DNA from: Macrostomum hystrix
Taxonomy: Eukaryota > Animalia > Platyhelminthes
Assembly: GCA_950097015.1 (NCBI GenBank)
Contig: CATNEN010000002.1
Coordinates: 7,936,001 to 8,000,000, forward strand
Reading direction: 5' to 3'
DNA: 64,000 nucleotides
Part shown: positions 1 through 11,987 of the stretch, in pieces
Layout: every line of letters starts with the position of its first letter
How positions within the stretch are numbered: position 1 is the first letter of the stretch
Notes under the pieces: model-generated
Seen by the model: the letters and a program-made list of their open reading frames with translations, nothing else
What the model was told of the DNA's origin: nothing
Database searches by the model: none
Made by a program: the position numbers and the translations under genes

Positions 1-79
1 ATAAATAGCGCGTCAATGTTGGTTCAATAAATGATGCTGTCAGCATCAAAGTGAGTGCATGCTGCGAACCCGGTTCCAG

Positions 80-1105
80 ACTCGCTAGTGGTCACTGACG
101 GCATCAGCGAAGGCATCGTGCGGCTGACAGGCAAGACTGTCAGGGACTACAATGATGCGTACGGGCAGAGCAAGATCAACCTGCTAGCCATCCTGCCCTG
201 GCAGCGCGTGGAGCTGCAGCACAGACTGCTTAGTCCCGACTTCGCTGTGAGAAACTCAGCCTGGGCTGGACTCAACTCTCGCTACCATGGCAACCGGTTC
301 CATTGTACCCCACCTTCCACAGGGCACCATCTGCCACATGGATCAGCAGGACTCGGTATCCGCCGTGCTGGACAGCAACCACAACTTCTTCCTGATGGTG
401 GACACTGGGCCGACTGACTGCTCTGCTGAAGCCCCGGCCGCGGCAACATCGGCTGCCAGAGCCCTGGCTCTGTCCAGATTTCGGTCGCGAGTTGAGACGC
501 TGCTCTGCCGTTGGCCAGGGGACCTGCAGCAGCAGCAGCAGAAGCAGAAGCTTTACGAAGGGTATTGCGACTGTTTCGTGATGAAAAATCTGTCAATAGT
601 GCTGCGCTTAACACCTGCACGCACCCACAGTGCCATTGGGAGTTGGCTCCCATGGGATAAGACTATCTTAGCTACTATCTGGAGACTCTAAGCACGACAG
701 ACAAGAAACGGTCTAACGCGTTTGCCTCCAGCACCAAGGTCCCTGAGCTCGATTCCGCGGCGAGGCCACATTCATTTGGGACGCAGCCGCGGAGGGAAGG
801 CTTGGGGCTTGTCGTGCAATTTATGCTCTTGAGAGCCAACCTCCAAGACACAGTAAAGTGTACACTGCCTGACGATAAGAAAGTCAAGGCAAATGTACAC
901 ACCTGTGTGAGCGTAAGTCTGTGCACGGTATCTGTGTGTGTTTGTGCTCAGGAGTCAGCGAAATGGGCAGAATTGCCTCCTCGCTGGCTGTGGGTCTAGT
1001 GTCACCACACGAGCCCTCCTGCAAATGACGTTATTAAACTCGAGAAAGATTCGTAACATACTTAAACTCCGCAGCTATTCGTTTGGCCAGACACCAGCTA
1101 AAAAT

Positions 1106-1137
<32 letters not shown>

Positions 1138-4100
1138 CAGCGGCTCCCCTGTGCCCACCTGCGCCATTTTAGTGAACGGCTCCCGCGACGATCTGGCCAG
1201 CCTGCACAGCTGCGTGGTGACTCGCCGCTGCTCGGCTGTCATTGTGAAGTCCTCCGGCGGCCTCGCCGACCTCATCTGCCAACTGCTCGAGCTGCTGTTC
1301 GGCGAAGGCCGCGGCGCCGGCCAGAAACCCGGCGGCCACGAGGCCATCCTGCAGGCCAGCGTGGGGCCGCTGTTCCAGCACTACTTCGGCCCCACAGGCG
1401 GCGGTCAGCAGCCGCCGGGCGAGGACGAGGTTCAGACACTGCGCGAGCTGCTGGCCGCGCGCCAACTCATCGAGGTGTTTTCCGTAGAGGATGACATGGC
1501 CTCCGACTTCGACGGCAAGATCCTGGCCTCGCTGCTCGGCATGTCCTACAGCGACGCTGAGCAGGCGGAGAGCTCCGCCCTGAACCTGGACCAGCTGCGC
1601 ATCGCCGTGTCTCTGGACCGCAGCGACATCGCCAAGGAGCGAGTCTTCACCGACACCAAGCAGTGGAAGGTGACTCTAATAATTAAATATTTTATCATAA
1701 ACAGTGCTCAAATTTTGAGAACTCTGAAATCCTTGACTCGCCGCGCTCGCAGCAAAGCGACCTGGAGCCGCTGATGTTCCAAGTGCTGCTGGCCAATCAG
1801 ATCTCCTTCGCCGAGCTGCTCCTTGACCAGGGCTTCAGCCTGAACGCCTACGTCAATGAGCGAGTGTCACTGGAGCTATACCGCAGCTCGCTCGATGATT
1901 CCACTGTGAGTTGACCTGTTTGAGCACCCAGCAACATCTGTGCTCAATCAAACAGCATCGCGTCTTCAATTTCAGGGCCACAATGCGAGCATGTTTAAGA
2001 GGCTGGTGGGCAAAAAGATTGAGAAGGTCAGCGAAGACTTAAAACTTTGCAAAATTTTTTGCTTCTTTGCATTCACCTGTAATAGCATCCATCTATGACC
2101 ATTCACATCTGTGACCATTCACATCTGTGACCATTCACATCTGTGACTATTCACATCTGTGAACATTCACATCTGTGACCATTCACATCTGTGACCATTC
2201 ACATCTGTGACCATTCACATCTGTGACCATTCACATCTGTGACCATTCACATCTATGGCCATTCACATCTGTGACCATTCACATCTGTGACCATTCACAT
2301 CTGTGACCATTCACATCTGTGACCATTCACATCTCCACAGCCGAGTCAGCTGACAATGCACGATGTCTACGATGTGCTTCACTCGCTGGCTCCAAATTAT
2401 TTTGCGCATCAGCTGCAGCAGCAGCACCAACAGCAGCAGCAATGGAAGCGGAAGCTGCAAAGCGAGCAGCAGCAGCAGCAGCAGCAGTCAGTGGCAGCAA
2501 ACCCGCAGCTCCGCGGCTGTCTGCAGGCGGTTCTCTGGTGCCTGCTGACTGGGCGGTACATCATGGCCCTTCGCTTTTGTCGCCAGGACCAGGAGGTGAT
2601 GTCTACCGGCCTGCTCTGCGCCCTGCTGCTCAGGCGGTTGTCAAGGGCAACGGACAGCGTTCAGGAGAGAGAAGAGCTCTGCGTACACGCGGACAGGTCG
2701 GCCCTTATTAATTTTAAGAAATATATAATTCGCTCATTTGCACAGTCATTAAAATTCTCACACTCAGATTCGAAGACCTGGCTGTGGCTGTGCTCAGCGA
2801 GTGCTCAAAAGAGGACACGGGCAAGACCTGCCTGGTGTTGGTCCGTCCGGTGCCCCATCTGGACGGAGCTTCCGCTTTCGAAATCGGTGCCGAGGGCCAA
2901 TCGTTGAGCTTCATCGCCCACGGCAGCTGCCAGACGGTGCTGGACCTGATGTGGCGAGGTGGAATCACCAAGCGCCTGTCAGCGGCTCAGGTGCATACTT
3001 GGAATCGAAGCAGGAATCGCATGAGGCAGCTTTTGCATAGGTAGAATCGTATGAGCAGAGCAGCAGACCGGAAGAATTGAATGATAAAACGTATCGTGGA
3101 ATGTAGCTGGAATCCTAGCAGGAAACGTAGATGGAATCGAAGCAGGAACCGTAGCTGGAATCAAAGCAGGAACCGTAGCTGGAATCGAAGCAGGAAACGT
3201 AGCTGGAATCAAAGCAGGAAACGTAGATGGAATCGAAGCAGGAAATGTAGATAAAACCATAGCAGGAACCGTAGCTGCTATCGTGGCAGAATTTAGCATG
3301 TTTCTATCGAGCTTTTATACTAGTCGCTAACAGTAGCCTGCCAATGCCAATTCCGCCGGTTCCGCCGCGTCAAATTTCAGTTTTACTTCATTGCTCTGAT
3401 CGGCTTTTTTCTGCCCTTCTTTGTTACTCCGCTGCTGCGCCTCATGCTGCGCAGGGCACCGAACAACAAGACGACTAGAGATGTGAGTCTGCTCAAGCTC
3501 CGACCCAAACCTACTCAAACCTACCCAAACCTACTCAAACCTACTCAAACTACCTAAACCTACTCAAACCTACCCAGACCTACTCAAAACTACTCAAATC
3601 TACCTAAATCTACCCAAACCTAACCAAACCTACTCAAACCTACCCAAGCCTACTCAAACCTACTCAAATCTACCCAAATCTACCCAAACCTACCCAAACC
3701 TACTCAAACCTACCTAAACCTACTTAAACCTACTCAAACCTACCCAAACCCATCCAAACCTACTCAAACCTACCCAAACCTACTCAAACCTACTCAAACT
3801 ACCTAAACCTACTTAAACCTACTCAAACCTACCCAAACCCATCCAAACCTACTCAAACCTACAAAAACCTACTCAAACCTACTCAAACTACCTAAGCCTA
3901 CTCAAACCTACCCAAACCTACCCAAACCTACCCAAACCCATCCGAACCTACTCAAATCTACCCAAACCTACTCAAACCTACCCAAAACCTATCCAAAACT
4001 TACCCAAACCTACCCAAACCTACCCAAAACCTACCCAAACTTACCCAAACCTACTCAAATCTACCCAAACCTACTCAAACCTACTCAAACCTACCCAAAA

Positions 4101-7100
4101 CCTACTCAAAGCCACTCGAACCTACCAAACCTACCAAATCATCGCTGCTCAGTCGGACATCCCCGAGTCTGGTGAGTTCGCAGAGGACGCCCAGCCGGAG
4201 GATGATTCAACAACGTCCTCCGGTTTGTCAGCTGTGGCCACTTCTTCGTCAATATCAACGATGGCACCACCGGCGTCATCCATGGCGATGACGTCGCCTG
4301 CGACTGCCGCGCCCGACTCGGTGTCCGTGGCTCCTGACGGCGGATATGCAGGGCTGGAGCAGGGCGAGGCCGGCCGGCTGCTCTCCCGGCCGCTGCCAGC
4401 GAGGTCTAACAGCTGCCGGCGCTTCGTGTGCGACGCCTACGAGTTCTACTCCACCCCGGTGGTTCGGTTCATGTACACCTCAGTGGGTGTGACCGGCAGG
4501 CTGATCTGCTGCAGCGCTTGAGTTTTAAACCTGCCTACTGATACTCTACTGTGTCTACTCTGTCTACTTTGTCTACTTTGTCTACTTTGTCTACTCTGTC
4601 TACTTTGTCTACTCTGTCTACTCTGTCTACTCTGTCTACTCTGTCTACTCTGTCTACTCTGTCTACTCTGTCTACTCTGTCTACTCTGTCTACTCTGTCT
4701 ACTCTGTCTACTCTGTCTACTCTGTCTACTCTGTCTACTCTGTCTACTCTGTCTACTCTGTCTACTCTGTCTACTCTGTCTACTGTCTACTCTGTCTACT
4801 CTGTCTACTGTCTACTCTGTCTACTCTGTCTACTGTCTACTCTGTCTACTCTGTCTACTGTCTACTCTGTCTACTCTGTCTACTGTCTACTCGGTCTAAT
4901 CTGTCTACTTCGTCTGTCTATTTACCGTCCTTATTCTAATGACAATAAATTTTCCATATCATCAAGTTTTGTATCCTCAATCACAGTTTATTTCACTTTA
5001 TTCTCATGTGATCCAATGCCCAGGTGTCCTACGCAATCTTCCTGGCCCTGTTCACATTCGTGTTGCTATTCGCAATGGGCAACCAGCTGGAAAGCTGGGG
5101 CGCATTCCACGTCATCCTGGCGGTGTTCGTGCTCTCCTTCCTCATCGAGGAGGCCAAGCAGGTGCTGATCAGCGGCAGGTCGCTGGCTGACTACCTGAGC
5201 ACTGGCTGGAACCTCATGGACATTGTTGCCATAGCAACCTTCCTGCTGGCGGCACTGCTGTTCGGCCTGCGCCTGGTGCCGGGTCTGGTAGATCCGGTGG
5301 CGCTAGGCGCGGACTCCGGGCAAGTCAACATGCTGAGGATCTGCCGCATCCTGCTTGGCGTGTCTCTGTTCCTTAACTTCTGCCGCCTGCTCCAGAATTT
5401 CTCAGTGCACGTCAACCTGGGACCCAAGGTGGTCATGATTCAGACAATGGTGAGCTGGCGCGGCTCTTTGAGCTCAAGCTTTTCTTAGAACGCTCTATCT
5501 CATCTCTGTTTCCTAGAATATTCCCAAGAATTTCCAAGAATAAAAAGGCACTTCCTAGAATTACTGCGTCTTTTAGGAACTGTGTGGCAGAGCTGTCTAA
5601 CACGTTTGTCTCTCGCACCAAGGTCCCATAGCTCGATTCCGCGGCGAGGCCACATTCATTTGAGGCGCAGCCTCAATGTTTCTAAGAATTAGCATGCATT
5701 TCTTAGAAACACTAATAATTTCGTAATTCATTTTTGTAGTATTATTAGTAGTTACTAATTTACATTTAACTAATTTACATTTCCTAGAATCAAGAGTCTC
5801 CGTTAACGAATCAAGAGTCACGTCTCAATCGAGTCTCAAGAGTCAACGAATCAAACGTCGAACGTTTCCAAGAATGACTAAATAAACTGATAAAAATTCC
5901 CAGAGAAGAAGTAGTTTGAATTGCTGAGAACCGCTGCCTTTCCTTGAAAAACATTTAGCTTAACTAAAAAACAAACGGAATAAGTCCTTGCCTTTTTATC
6001 CCATTTTCTGCATCCCTCCATCCGAAATGTTTCCGCGTCGCCTCCGCCGCCAGATAATCCAAGACCTGGTGCCATTCATGGTCATCTTCCTGGTGTTTGT
6101 TCTCGGATACGGCATTTTCGCGTGGAGCGCGCTGTTTCCGCTGACTTACCCGAAGGTAGCCGAAGCATTTGACGCCATCAACAGCATGCTGAAGCTGGCC
6201 TACTTCCAGACCTTCGGAGAGCTGAAGACAGACTTCATCAGTGGGGAAGGTGAGATGCCAGGTGGGGAATTCCGGGATTGAATACCGTGACCTCAGTGAC
6301 AATAATTCTCTCTGCTCTGCATTTCAGCTGCAACCCTGAGTGAGTGGCGAGTCCAGGTGTAACACGGCTGACGACTGACGGCTGGGAATCTGACAGGATT
6401 TGGGGAGAAATCTGACGAGATTTTAGGAGTCTGACGAGATTTCGGGAATCTGACGAGATTTTGGGAATCCGACGAGATTTTGGGAATCTGACGAGATTTT
6501 GGGAATCTGTCGAGATTTTGGGAATCTGACGAGATTTTGGGAATCTGACGAGATTTGGGTAATCTGACGAGATTTTTGGAATCTGACGAGATTTTTGGAA
6601 TCTGACGAGATTTTTGGAGTCTGACGAGATTTAGGGAATCTGTCGAGTGTTAACAATCTGATTAAATAGAAAAACAGTCAGGATGAGTAACAAACAGTTT
6701 TTTAACTCGAATAGCGAAACATTTCCAGCTGACGAGTGCAAGCTGAATGCCACCAAGTGCCCGGACTCCTGGGGTCGCTACATCGCCCCGGTGCTGCTGG
6801 CCTTCTACACGGTGTTCACCAATGTCCTGCTGCTCAACCTGCTCATCGCCATGTTTGCGTGAGCAGCAGAAATGCAAAATGATAATTTTCTGAAAGCAAT
6901 TTTTTTTAATTGGGAAGTGGACACTGAAGGACTAAACTGACTTTCTCATTGTCAGACAGTACACTTTTACTGTACCTTACGGGTTAATAATGAAAATTGC
7001 TGCGGGCAATGGCACGTGATTAAGTGACACTAGACCCGCAGCCAGCAAGGAGGCAATTCTGCCCATTTCGCTGACTCCTGAGCACACACGCACACAGATG

Positions 7101-8655
7101 CTTTACGCAGGTAAACGCTCACAAAGGTGTGTACATCTGCCCTGACTTTCTCATCCTCAGGCAGTGTACACTCTCACTGTGTCTTGGAGGTTGGCCCTCA
7201 AGGGCGTAAATTGCACGACAAGCCCCCAAGCCTTCTCTCCGCGGCTGCGCCCCAAATGAATGTGGGCTCATCTTGGATTCGAACTCAGGGACCTCAGTGC
7301 TAGGGTTGGGCGTGTTTAACCGCTCTGCTAATTAACCTCCCAGAAAAAATAGGTTTAAATTCCCTTGTTTAAGATTAGGATCCCACCAATTAGCAATCAA
7401 ATGTAACAGTCTTTATTTTTTATATTAGCTATCTAAGGACAAAATCTCCCAATCTAAGTATCTTAAATCCCATCTAGTATCTTAAATCCCATATTAAGTA
7501 TCTTAAATCCCATCTAGTATCTTCAATCCCATCTAGTATCTTAAATCCCATCTAGTATCTTAAATCCCATCTAGTATCTTAAATCCCATCTAAAGTATCT
7601 TTAATCCCATATTAAGTATCTTAAATCCCATCTAGTATCTTAAATCCCATCTAGTATCTTAAATCCCATCTAAAGTATCTTTAATCCCATATTAAGTATC
7701 TTAAATCCCATCTAGTATCTTCAATCCCATCTAGTATCTTAAATCCCATCTAGTATCTTAAATCCCATCTAAGTATCTTCAATCCCATCTAGTATCTTAA
7801 ATCCCATCTAAAGTATCTTTAATCCCATATTAAGTATCTTAAATCCCATCTAGTATCTTAAATCCCATCTAGTATCTTCAATCCCATCTATGTATCTTAA
7901 ATCCCATCTAGTATCTTAAATCCCATCTAAGTATCTTAAATCCCATCAAAGTATCTAAAAACCCATCTAAGTTGTCTAAAATCCCAATTAAGTGTCTAAA
8001 AAGGCATTGAGGGTCGATAATCCCATCAATAAGACGTGACAGCAGATGCGCTAATCCCATCCCTTGTCAGCAACACCTACGAGCGCATCCAGAGCTCCTC
8101 CCTGCAGTACTGGACCCTGCAGCGCTACCTCATCACTCGCGACTTCACCGAGCGCAGCGTCGCCCCGCCTCCGCTGTCGATCTTCTGGAACCTCGCCATC
8201 CTGCTGTACACTGTCTGCAAGGGTCGGCGGATGGCTTTCGAGACTGATCCTGTCATGTCCAAGATCAGTGAGACTCGATTGAGCATTGGCAACTGTCGCA
8301 GCCTTTCACAAAATCCTAGCTAATAGTTCAAATTTCTCCCCTTGCCTTTCAATCCCGTTTCAGCCTTCCGAGGATTTTTGCGTAAGAGATTTTGCTCTAA
8401 TCTATTTTTTATAAATAATAACACTCGCGCATCAAAGTTGAGACTCATTTAGTTTTCCCTTATCTGCATGTCAATCATCCAACTGTCATTATTATACCTG
8501 TCACTTATCTACCTGTCACTCATCTACCTGTCACCTATGTACCTGTGATTCCAGGCGGAATATCCCGCGACGGCGCGCGAACTCACGCCTCAGACAGCCA
8601 GCTGGTGAAGTGGGAAAACCTCCGCGCGCAGGAGCTGCTCAGGCGTCAGGAGGAG

Positions 8656-8699
<44 letters not shown>

Positions 8700-10963
8700 A
8701 GGTGGCGGAGCAGGCACTGGCGCGCGATCGGCCGCTCGAGCCACACAGGGTGGAGGCGGCGGCAGCAGCGGCGGCGGCGGAGCCGTCCTGAGCATCGGCG
8801 ATGCTGGAGGAGGCGGCGGTGCCACGGGCATCGACTGGGACATGCTGCAGGTGTTTCATGCACGATTCAAATGACCTGTCCATGTCAAATCTGTGTGGGA
8901 TTTCTCACATCGATCGCTCTCAAAAAATCTTCCCTCATCGCAGGGCGTGGTCCGCGTGCGCATCAAGGAGGGCCTGAAGGAGACGGAGAAAAAGCTGCGC
9001 CAGCTGGACACCCTGACTGAGAAGTGCCAGGGCTTGGAGGCTCGGCTCGATGCCGTCGCCGGCGGTCTGCAGGCCCTCGGCGACCAGCTGGAGGGACGGC
9101 ACACGACCAGCTTGCAACTGCTGCAGGCCATTGCTGCGCGACTGCAGGGGTGCGTGACCTCTATTTGACCTTGAGTCCCTGTTTCATCGCTGGCCTACTC
9201 TGCGACTCCCAATGGCGTGCCAATCGACCATGAATCTAAAAATAGCACAGGAGAATCCCGCTTGACAAATTCTCGTGCTTGTATGTATTTTCGTCAACCC
9301 GCAGATCGCCCCAGCCGTTCATGGCTCCGCAGAAGCAGCCGCCGGCGGCGCCGCCGTCGCAGCCTCCGCTGGAGCACTGGCGCGCGTTCACCGTTGCTGA
9401 GCATCGACTGCTGCGTTCGGTGCCTTTCGACAGCATCGTCACGGCAATTTTCAGGGTGAGCGAGCTGCAGTCCAGCTCGGAGAAGTCCTGGTCCGACTGG
9501 CGCGAGCCCGGCTTTGGCCGCGGCTTCGTGTTCAACGCCTTCGATCCGCTGCACAAGGCCAACAAGAAGTCCATGATTGGCAGCTACCAGCTGGCCGATG
9601 GTAGACCCGTGCATCCGGTGTACGACCGGGGCGGCAGCGGTGCGAGCAGCGGCGGAGGCGGTGGCGGTGGTGGCGGCGGTGGAAGCAGCGTCAGTGGCGT
9701 CCCAGGGCGCGGCCGGCTGCCACTGTGGGGGCCGAACCACGCCCTGGTGCTGATGATCACCAGGTGGCGACGCGACGAGCGTGGCACCATCGTGCGTCGC
9801 GGCAATCGGAAGGTGCTTCAGTGCGCCGTGGTGGCGGTCAGGGACGGGCCAGAGTTCCTCCTGCCGTGGGTGAGTGGCCACTTCAGGTGATTTTTGCGAA
9901 GCTTTGTGAGCGTCAGGATATGATGCAGTGGTGACTCGCACCCACAGTACCTGGTGAAGCATCACGAGAAATGCAATCTGGTCAACTGCGGCGACGATCT
10001 CGCACTGAGCTGGCTGGCTGACTGTCTCGCCGCTGAGGTCAGGGCGAAGCCGGAGCTAAGGAAGAAAGCGGAACGAGCCGCGTCGGCAGTCAAGCTGGCC
10101 ACCGTGAAGACGGTGAGAGCACATCCTGGTCTGTGTGCTTGAAATGTTGGTTTTGGTTGGCTTGCGGTATTACAAATACGGTTATCAAAAGTTGGATACC
10201 GAACGTCGTGAACTGAATTTCGTTTATCAAAAGTCGGATAAACGAACGTCGTGTACTGAATTTCGGTTATCAAAAGTCGGATAAACGAACGTTGGGTACT
10301 GAATTCCGGTTATCAAGAGTCGGATACCGAACGTCGTGAACTGAATTTCGGTTATCAAAAGTCGGATAAACGAACGTTGGGTACTGAATTCCGGTTATCA
10401 AGAGTCGGATACCGAACGTCGTGAACTGAATTTCGGTTATCAAAAGTCGGATAAACGAACGTTGGGTACTGAATTTCGGTTATCAAGAGTCGGATACCGA
10501 ACGTCGTGCACGGAATGTTAGGTATGAAATTTCGGCGTCCGATTGTCGTTTACCGAACTTCATGTACCTGCGAATGTGTTGAGTCATTGTCGGGTAGGGA
10601 ATTGTTTTACCAAATGAGTGGAGGCCGAATACCAGGTGCTGACATTTACGGTACAAAAGCGGAAACAATGGACCATTTTCACCAAAACTCCCGAGAAAAC
10701 CGCTTTGAATCTCACAGATCTTCACGGGCGTGAACTCTGATGAAGCCGGCTCATTGCACGGCGAGAACGCCTGGCTTGAGACATCCTGCGTGAACGTGCA
10801 CGAGAACTACTCCTGCCCCATCGGCGACGAGCTACTGGCCGCGCTGACGGCAGCAGACAGCGAGCAGCTCAGCTGGGAGGACGTGGCAAATCGGCGAATG
10901 CAGAGTGCCGCTGAGCTGGCGCTGCTGAGGCTGGTGGCGGAGTTTCACGGCGCGCTGTTCTGA
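80..10963 (+). CDS. TRPM2: TRPM2-like cation channel with C-terminal NUDT9-homology domain (5' end lies upstream of the window)
   Basis: Phase-consistent GT-AG exon chain traced by hand: 80-246, 323-561, 1075-1669, 1753-1905, 1976-2026, 2341-2696, 2768-2990, 3381-3482, 4153-4482, 5024-5449, 6054-6249, 6729-6858, 8071-8267, 8555-8850, 8944-9149, 9305-9869, 9948-10112, 10718-10963. Motifs: MHR LDSNHNFFLMVD and ILVNGS..SSGGLAD; S2-S3 EEAKQ..WNLMD; pore YFQTFGEL; S6 NVLLLNLLIAMF; TRP helix YWTLQRY..PPPLS; coiled coil; NUDT9H GRGRLPLWGPNHA..TRWRRD and ENAWLET. The symbol reflects domain architecture, not proven orthology. Confidence 0.92.
700..1036 (+). mobile_element. tRNA-derived SINE, copy 1 (intronic)
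   Basis: Clearly similar to the copies at about 6985-7330, 23300-23560, 24583-24908 and 5583-5672. The head has degenerate Pol III boxes (GGTCCCTGAGCTCGATTCC). Confidence 0.75.
2090..2335. repeat. 16-bp minisatellite (GACCATTCACATCTGT)n, about 15 copies
   Basis: Visible period of 16, running up to the splice acceptor at 2340. Confidence 0.97.
3100..3275. repeat. 24-bp minisatellite (GGAATCGAAGCAGGAACCGTAGCT)n
   Basis: Period 24, about 7 degenerate copies; it produces spurious ORF 2979-3299. Confidence 0.92.
3505..4140. repeat. 10-bp minisatellite (ACCTACYCAA)n
   Basis: About 60 degenerate copies filling intron 3483-4152. Confidence 0.97.
4550..4900. repeat. 9-bp minisatellite (TCTACTCTG)n
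   Basis: Visible period of 9; source of the spurious STL-repeat ORF. Confidence 0.97.
5583..5672 (+). mobile_element. tRNA-derived SINE, 5' fragment
   Basis: TGGCAGAGCTGTCTAACACG...GGTCCCATAGCTCGATTCCGCGGCGAGGCCACATTCATTTG matches the head of the other copies. Confidence 0.7.
6328..6339 (+). other. Candidate 12-nt frame-preserving micro-exon of the TRPM gene
   Basis: A pyrimidine tract plus ATTTCAG precedes it and GTGAGT follows it; the phase is 1-1, matching the flanking exons. Confidence 0.55.
6375..6648. repeat. 19-bp minisatellite (GAATCTGACGAGATTTTGG)n
   Basis: Period 19, about 14 copies. Confidence 0.95.
6985..7330 (-). mobile_element. tRNA-derived SINE, near full length
   Basis: The minus strand reads TAGCAGAGCGGTTAAAC (A box) ... 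GAGTTCGAATCC (B box), followed by the shared body. Confidence 0.8.
7450..8000. repeat. 19-bp minisatellite (AAATCCCATCTAGTATCTT)n
   Basis: Period about 19, about 28 copies. Confidence 0.96.
9305..10963 (+). other. NUDT9-homology (ADP-ribose-binding) domain exons of the TRPM channel
   Basis: GRPVHPV, GRGRLPLWGPNHA, TRWRRDERG, VLQCAVVAVRDGPEFLLPW, GENAWLETSCVNVH and VAEFHGALF match the NUDT9/TRPM2 C-terminal pattern. Confidence 0.85.
10185..10508. repeat. 43-bp minisatellite (TTTCGGTTATCAAAAGTCGGATAAACGAACG...)n
   Basis: Period 43, about 7 copies in the last TRPM intron. Confidence 0.93.
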
Positions 10964-11405
10964 CTGGGCTGCGACTGGGCTGTGACTGGGCTGTGACTGG
11001 GCTGTGACTGGGCTGTGACTGGGCTGTGACTGGGCTGTGACTGGGCTGTGACTGGGCTGTGACTGGATTGTGACTGAGCTGTGACTGGATTGTGACTGGG
11101 CTGTGACTGGGCTGTGACTGGGCTGTGACTGGGCTGTGACTGGGCTGTGACTGGATTGTGACTGGGCTGTGACTGGGCTGTGACTGGGCTGTGACTGGGC
11201 TGTGACTGGGCTGTGACTGGGCTGTGACTGGGCTGTAACTGGGCTGTGACTGGATTGTGACTGGGCTGTGACTGGGCTGTGACTGGGCTGTGACTGGGCT
11301 GTGACTGGGCTGTGACTGGGCTGTGACTGGGCTGTGACTGGATTGTGACTGGGCTGTGACTGGGCTGTGACTGGGCTGTGACTGGGCTGTGACTGGGCTG
11401 TGACT
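10962..11405. repeat. 11-bp minisatellite (GACTGGGCTGT)n starting at the TRPM stop codon
   Basis: About 40 copies. Confidence 0.97.
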
Positions 11406-11987
11406 TGGTTATAGCTCGTAGATTTAAACCGCTAAAACCATAATATAAGAAAGCATGTTATTTTTCGTGAAGAATTTTAAGTATTCGAAAACAACTTATA
11501 AGCCAGAATATCACTTCTAAATATTTGGCAAACTAAAAACGCAGCATCTGCTTGTTTCATTCGTCACAAAATGTTTATTGAAGTCAATGTTGTCCAGTCA
11601 GTTTCTTGAGAATTACGAGTTATAGCTGTATTTCCTCGCTAGTTTTAGTGTTAACAAAATACTTGTTCTTTTTTTGCCTCTAACGATCCCTACTTATTGC
11701 ATGAGTGAACTGATGAAAAAAAAACATGCTAATTTATTTGATAAAATACTTTTCAATCTCCATTTAACATTCTCGGTGTCACTGACGTACCGCATCGGAA
11801 TATTATTGTGTCGAAAAATCCGAAATATATTCCAGAAGTTTTCATTTTCCGCATTTTTATACTCATAAGTAGTCGGTAGTGCATTTTTTGTCAATGCAAA
11901 AACGTAAGTTAAAACAATAAATAAAATAGCAGATGTTACGTACAAAAAAGATGCCGAAATTCTTAATACGAGACTTAGCGCAATCAA

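Noticed and set aside
44-79. Possible 7-nt micro-exon (CATCAAA/GTGAGT) ahead of the first TRPM exon
   Set aside because: It would need a 29-nt intron, shorter than any other intron traced here, and the upstream context is outside the window.
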